Shown here in pieces: positions 63,170-64,000 of a stretch of DNA of 64,000 nucleotides (positions are counted from its first letter, which is position 1; each line of letters starts with the position of its first letter). Origin of the DNA: an uncultured Candidatus Saccharibacteria bacterium (GTDB lineage Bacteria > Patescibacteriota > Saccharimonadia > Saccharimonadales > JACDBH01); assembly GCA_964644965.1 (NCBI GenBank), contig CAZXYN010000002.1, forward strand, positions 3,075 through 67,074, given 5' to 3'. Under the pieces are notes generated by a model. The model was not told the origin of the DNA, searched no databases, and saw nothing but the letters and a program-made list of their open reading frames with translations. The translations under genes and the position numbers were made by a program.

Positions 63170-64000
63170 CTTCTTCTCCTTCTTTTTCCTCTTCTTTAGT
63201 TAATTCTACTACTTCGGCCGGCTGTGTACGAATTTTATCTGCCAGCTGTCTAAAAAGCATTGGATCACGATCGGCAACACGCTCTAACCAATTAGCAATT
63301 GTTTCGAGTGCAGAGGCGATGTCCATCGAATCTTTGTTGTCGGTCACGACTTCAGGGAAGTTCTGGCGAATGTGCTCGTTTGCCGCAGATAGAGTAGGCG
63401 GCATAACTTTATCATAGAGACCAAGACTGCTGAGTAACATCGTGTAGGTTTGAATAGCACGTAGCATTTCGGTCGCCTCTAGTTTCATGACTAGTCCAAA
63501 GCGGTTACCTTTGTTAACTAGTTTGTTTAAAACAACCAAAATATTGGAATCTTGCTTTGCGTCCATGTTTATAATGTCGCTACCAGTTGCATCAGAGAAG
63601 ATTTTGCCAGCAATTTTGCTGACTTCGTTTACGTAATCCTTGTCACCATTTTTGTCTAGATATTCACTAATTTTTTTGAGTGCGCGGTAGAGGTCACTAA
63701 CAAAAAACTTCAGACCGTGTTCGAACATATCGATTACAGACTGCGACCCCTGCATCATCTTGTCGTAGCTGTCTAGCAAACCGTACAGACCGTGTTTGTC
63801 AGCTGGTGGAGTTGCGCTGATACCAAAGTCGATCAGACCAAGTTTGTTATCACGCATGATTCGCAGGTTGCCAGGATGCGGGTCGCCCTGGATTCGTGGC
63901 ATCTCGAATATTCCAATCAATGACTCGTAGCCGAAAGACTGTAGTACATAGATTAAATCGGTACCAAGCATGTCATTTGTGTACTGAACTGGATCGACGC
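63162..64000 (-). CDS. ABC1/UbiB-family atypical kinase (C-terminal part; the gene continues past the window end)
   Basis: GDPHPGNLRIMRDNKLGLIDFG catalytic/Mg-binding block. The frame stays open upstream of the track Met (63971) to position 64000. Confidence 0.8.
   Translation of the reverse strand, partial: VDPVQYTNDMLGTDLIYVLQSFGYESLIGIFEMPRIQGDPHPGNLRIMRDNKLGLIDFGISATPPADKHGLYGLLDSYDKMMQGSQSVIDMFEHGLKFFVSDLYRALKKISEYLDKNGDKDYVNEVSKIAGKIFSDATGSDIINMDAKQDSNILVVLNKLVNKGNRFGLVMKLEATEMLRAIQTYTMLLSSLGLYDKVMPPTLSAANEHIRQNFPEVVTDNKDSMDIASALETIANWLERVADRDPMLFRQLADKIRTQPAEVVELTKEEEKEGEEDA

Noticed and set aside
1-64000. CRISPR arrays, rRNA genes, transposases, integrases and recognisable defence systems (RM, TA, Cas, retron RT).
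   Set aside because: I found no regularly spaced short direct repeats and no ORFs with the corresponding catalytic motifs on either strand.

Overview
This is a gene-dense 64-kb chromosomal segment of moderate GC with about 75 credible CDS, 3 intact tRNAs, and no rRNA, CRISPR array, transposase or integrase ORF. The gene content points to a reduced-genome, Gram-positive-like organism. It includes a WhiB-like regulator, rny-ymdB, hrcA-grpE-dnaK and dnaJ with CIRCE operators, tilS-ftsH, murJ, lepA, ruvCAB, recA-recX, comEC, tsaE/tsaB, a rimK-type ATP-grasp cluster and a complete type IV pilus cluster (pilB, pilC, pilA, minor pilins, pilMNO). My best guess is Candidatus Saccharibacteria/Patescibacteria, which is an inference I cannot verify here. 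The non-routine content is almost all non-coding. (1) A ~72-nt two-hairpin repeat family has 3 full copies and 1 degenerate copy, sits at gene termini, and shows compensatory base changes. Two inverted copies bracket lepA, and relic copies of the lepA 5' and 3' ends lie outside them. (2) An ~84-nt hairpin family has a conserved 20-bp basal stem and variable paired apical hairpins, with 3 copies. (3) All three tRNA loci carry broken or duplicated tRNA pieces. One is a split tRNA-like gene whose two halves have matching acceptor strands and flank an intact tRNA-Met. (4) A GC-rich ~0.8-1 kb island lies between ftsH and murJ and encodes a CxxC...CxxC protein. (5) Several unannotated micro-ORFs have good expression signals. 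All functional calls come from motif recognition by eye, and no searches were run.
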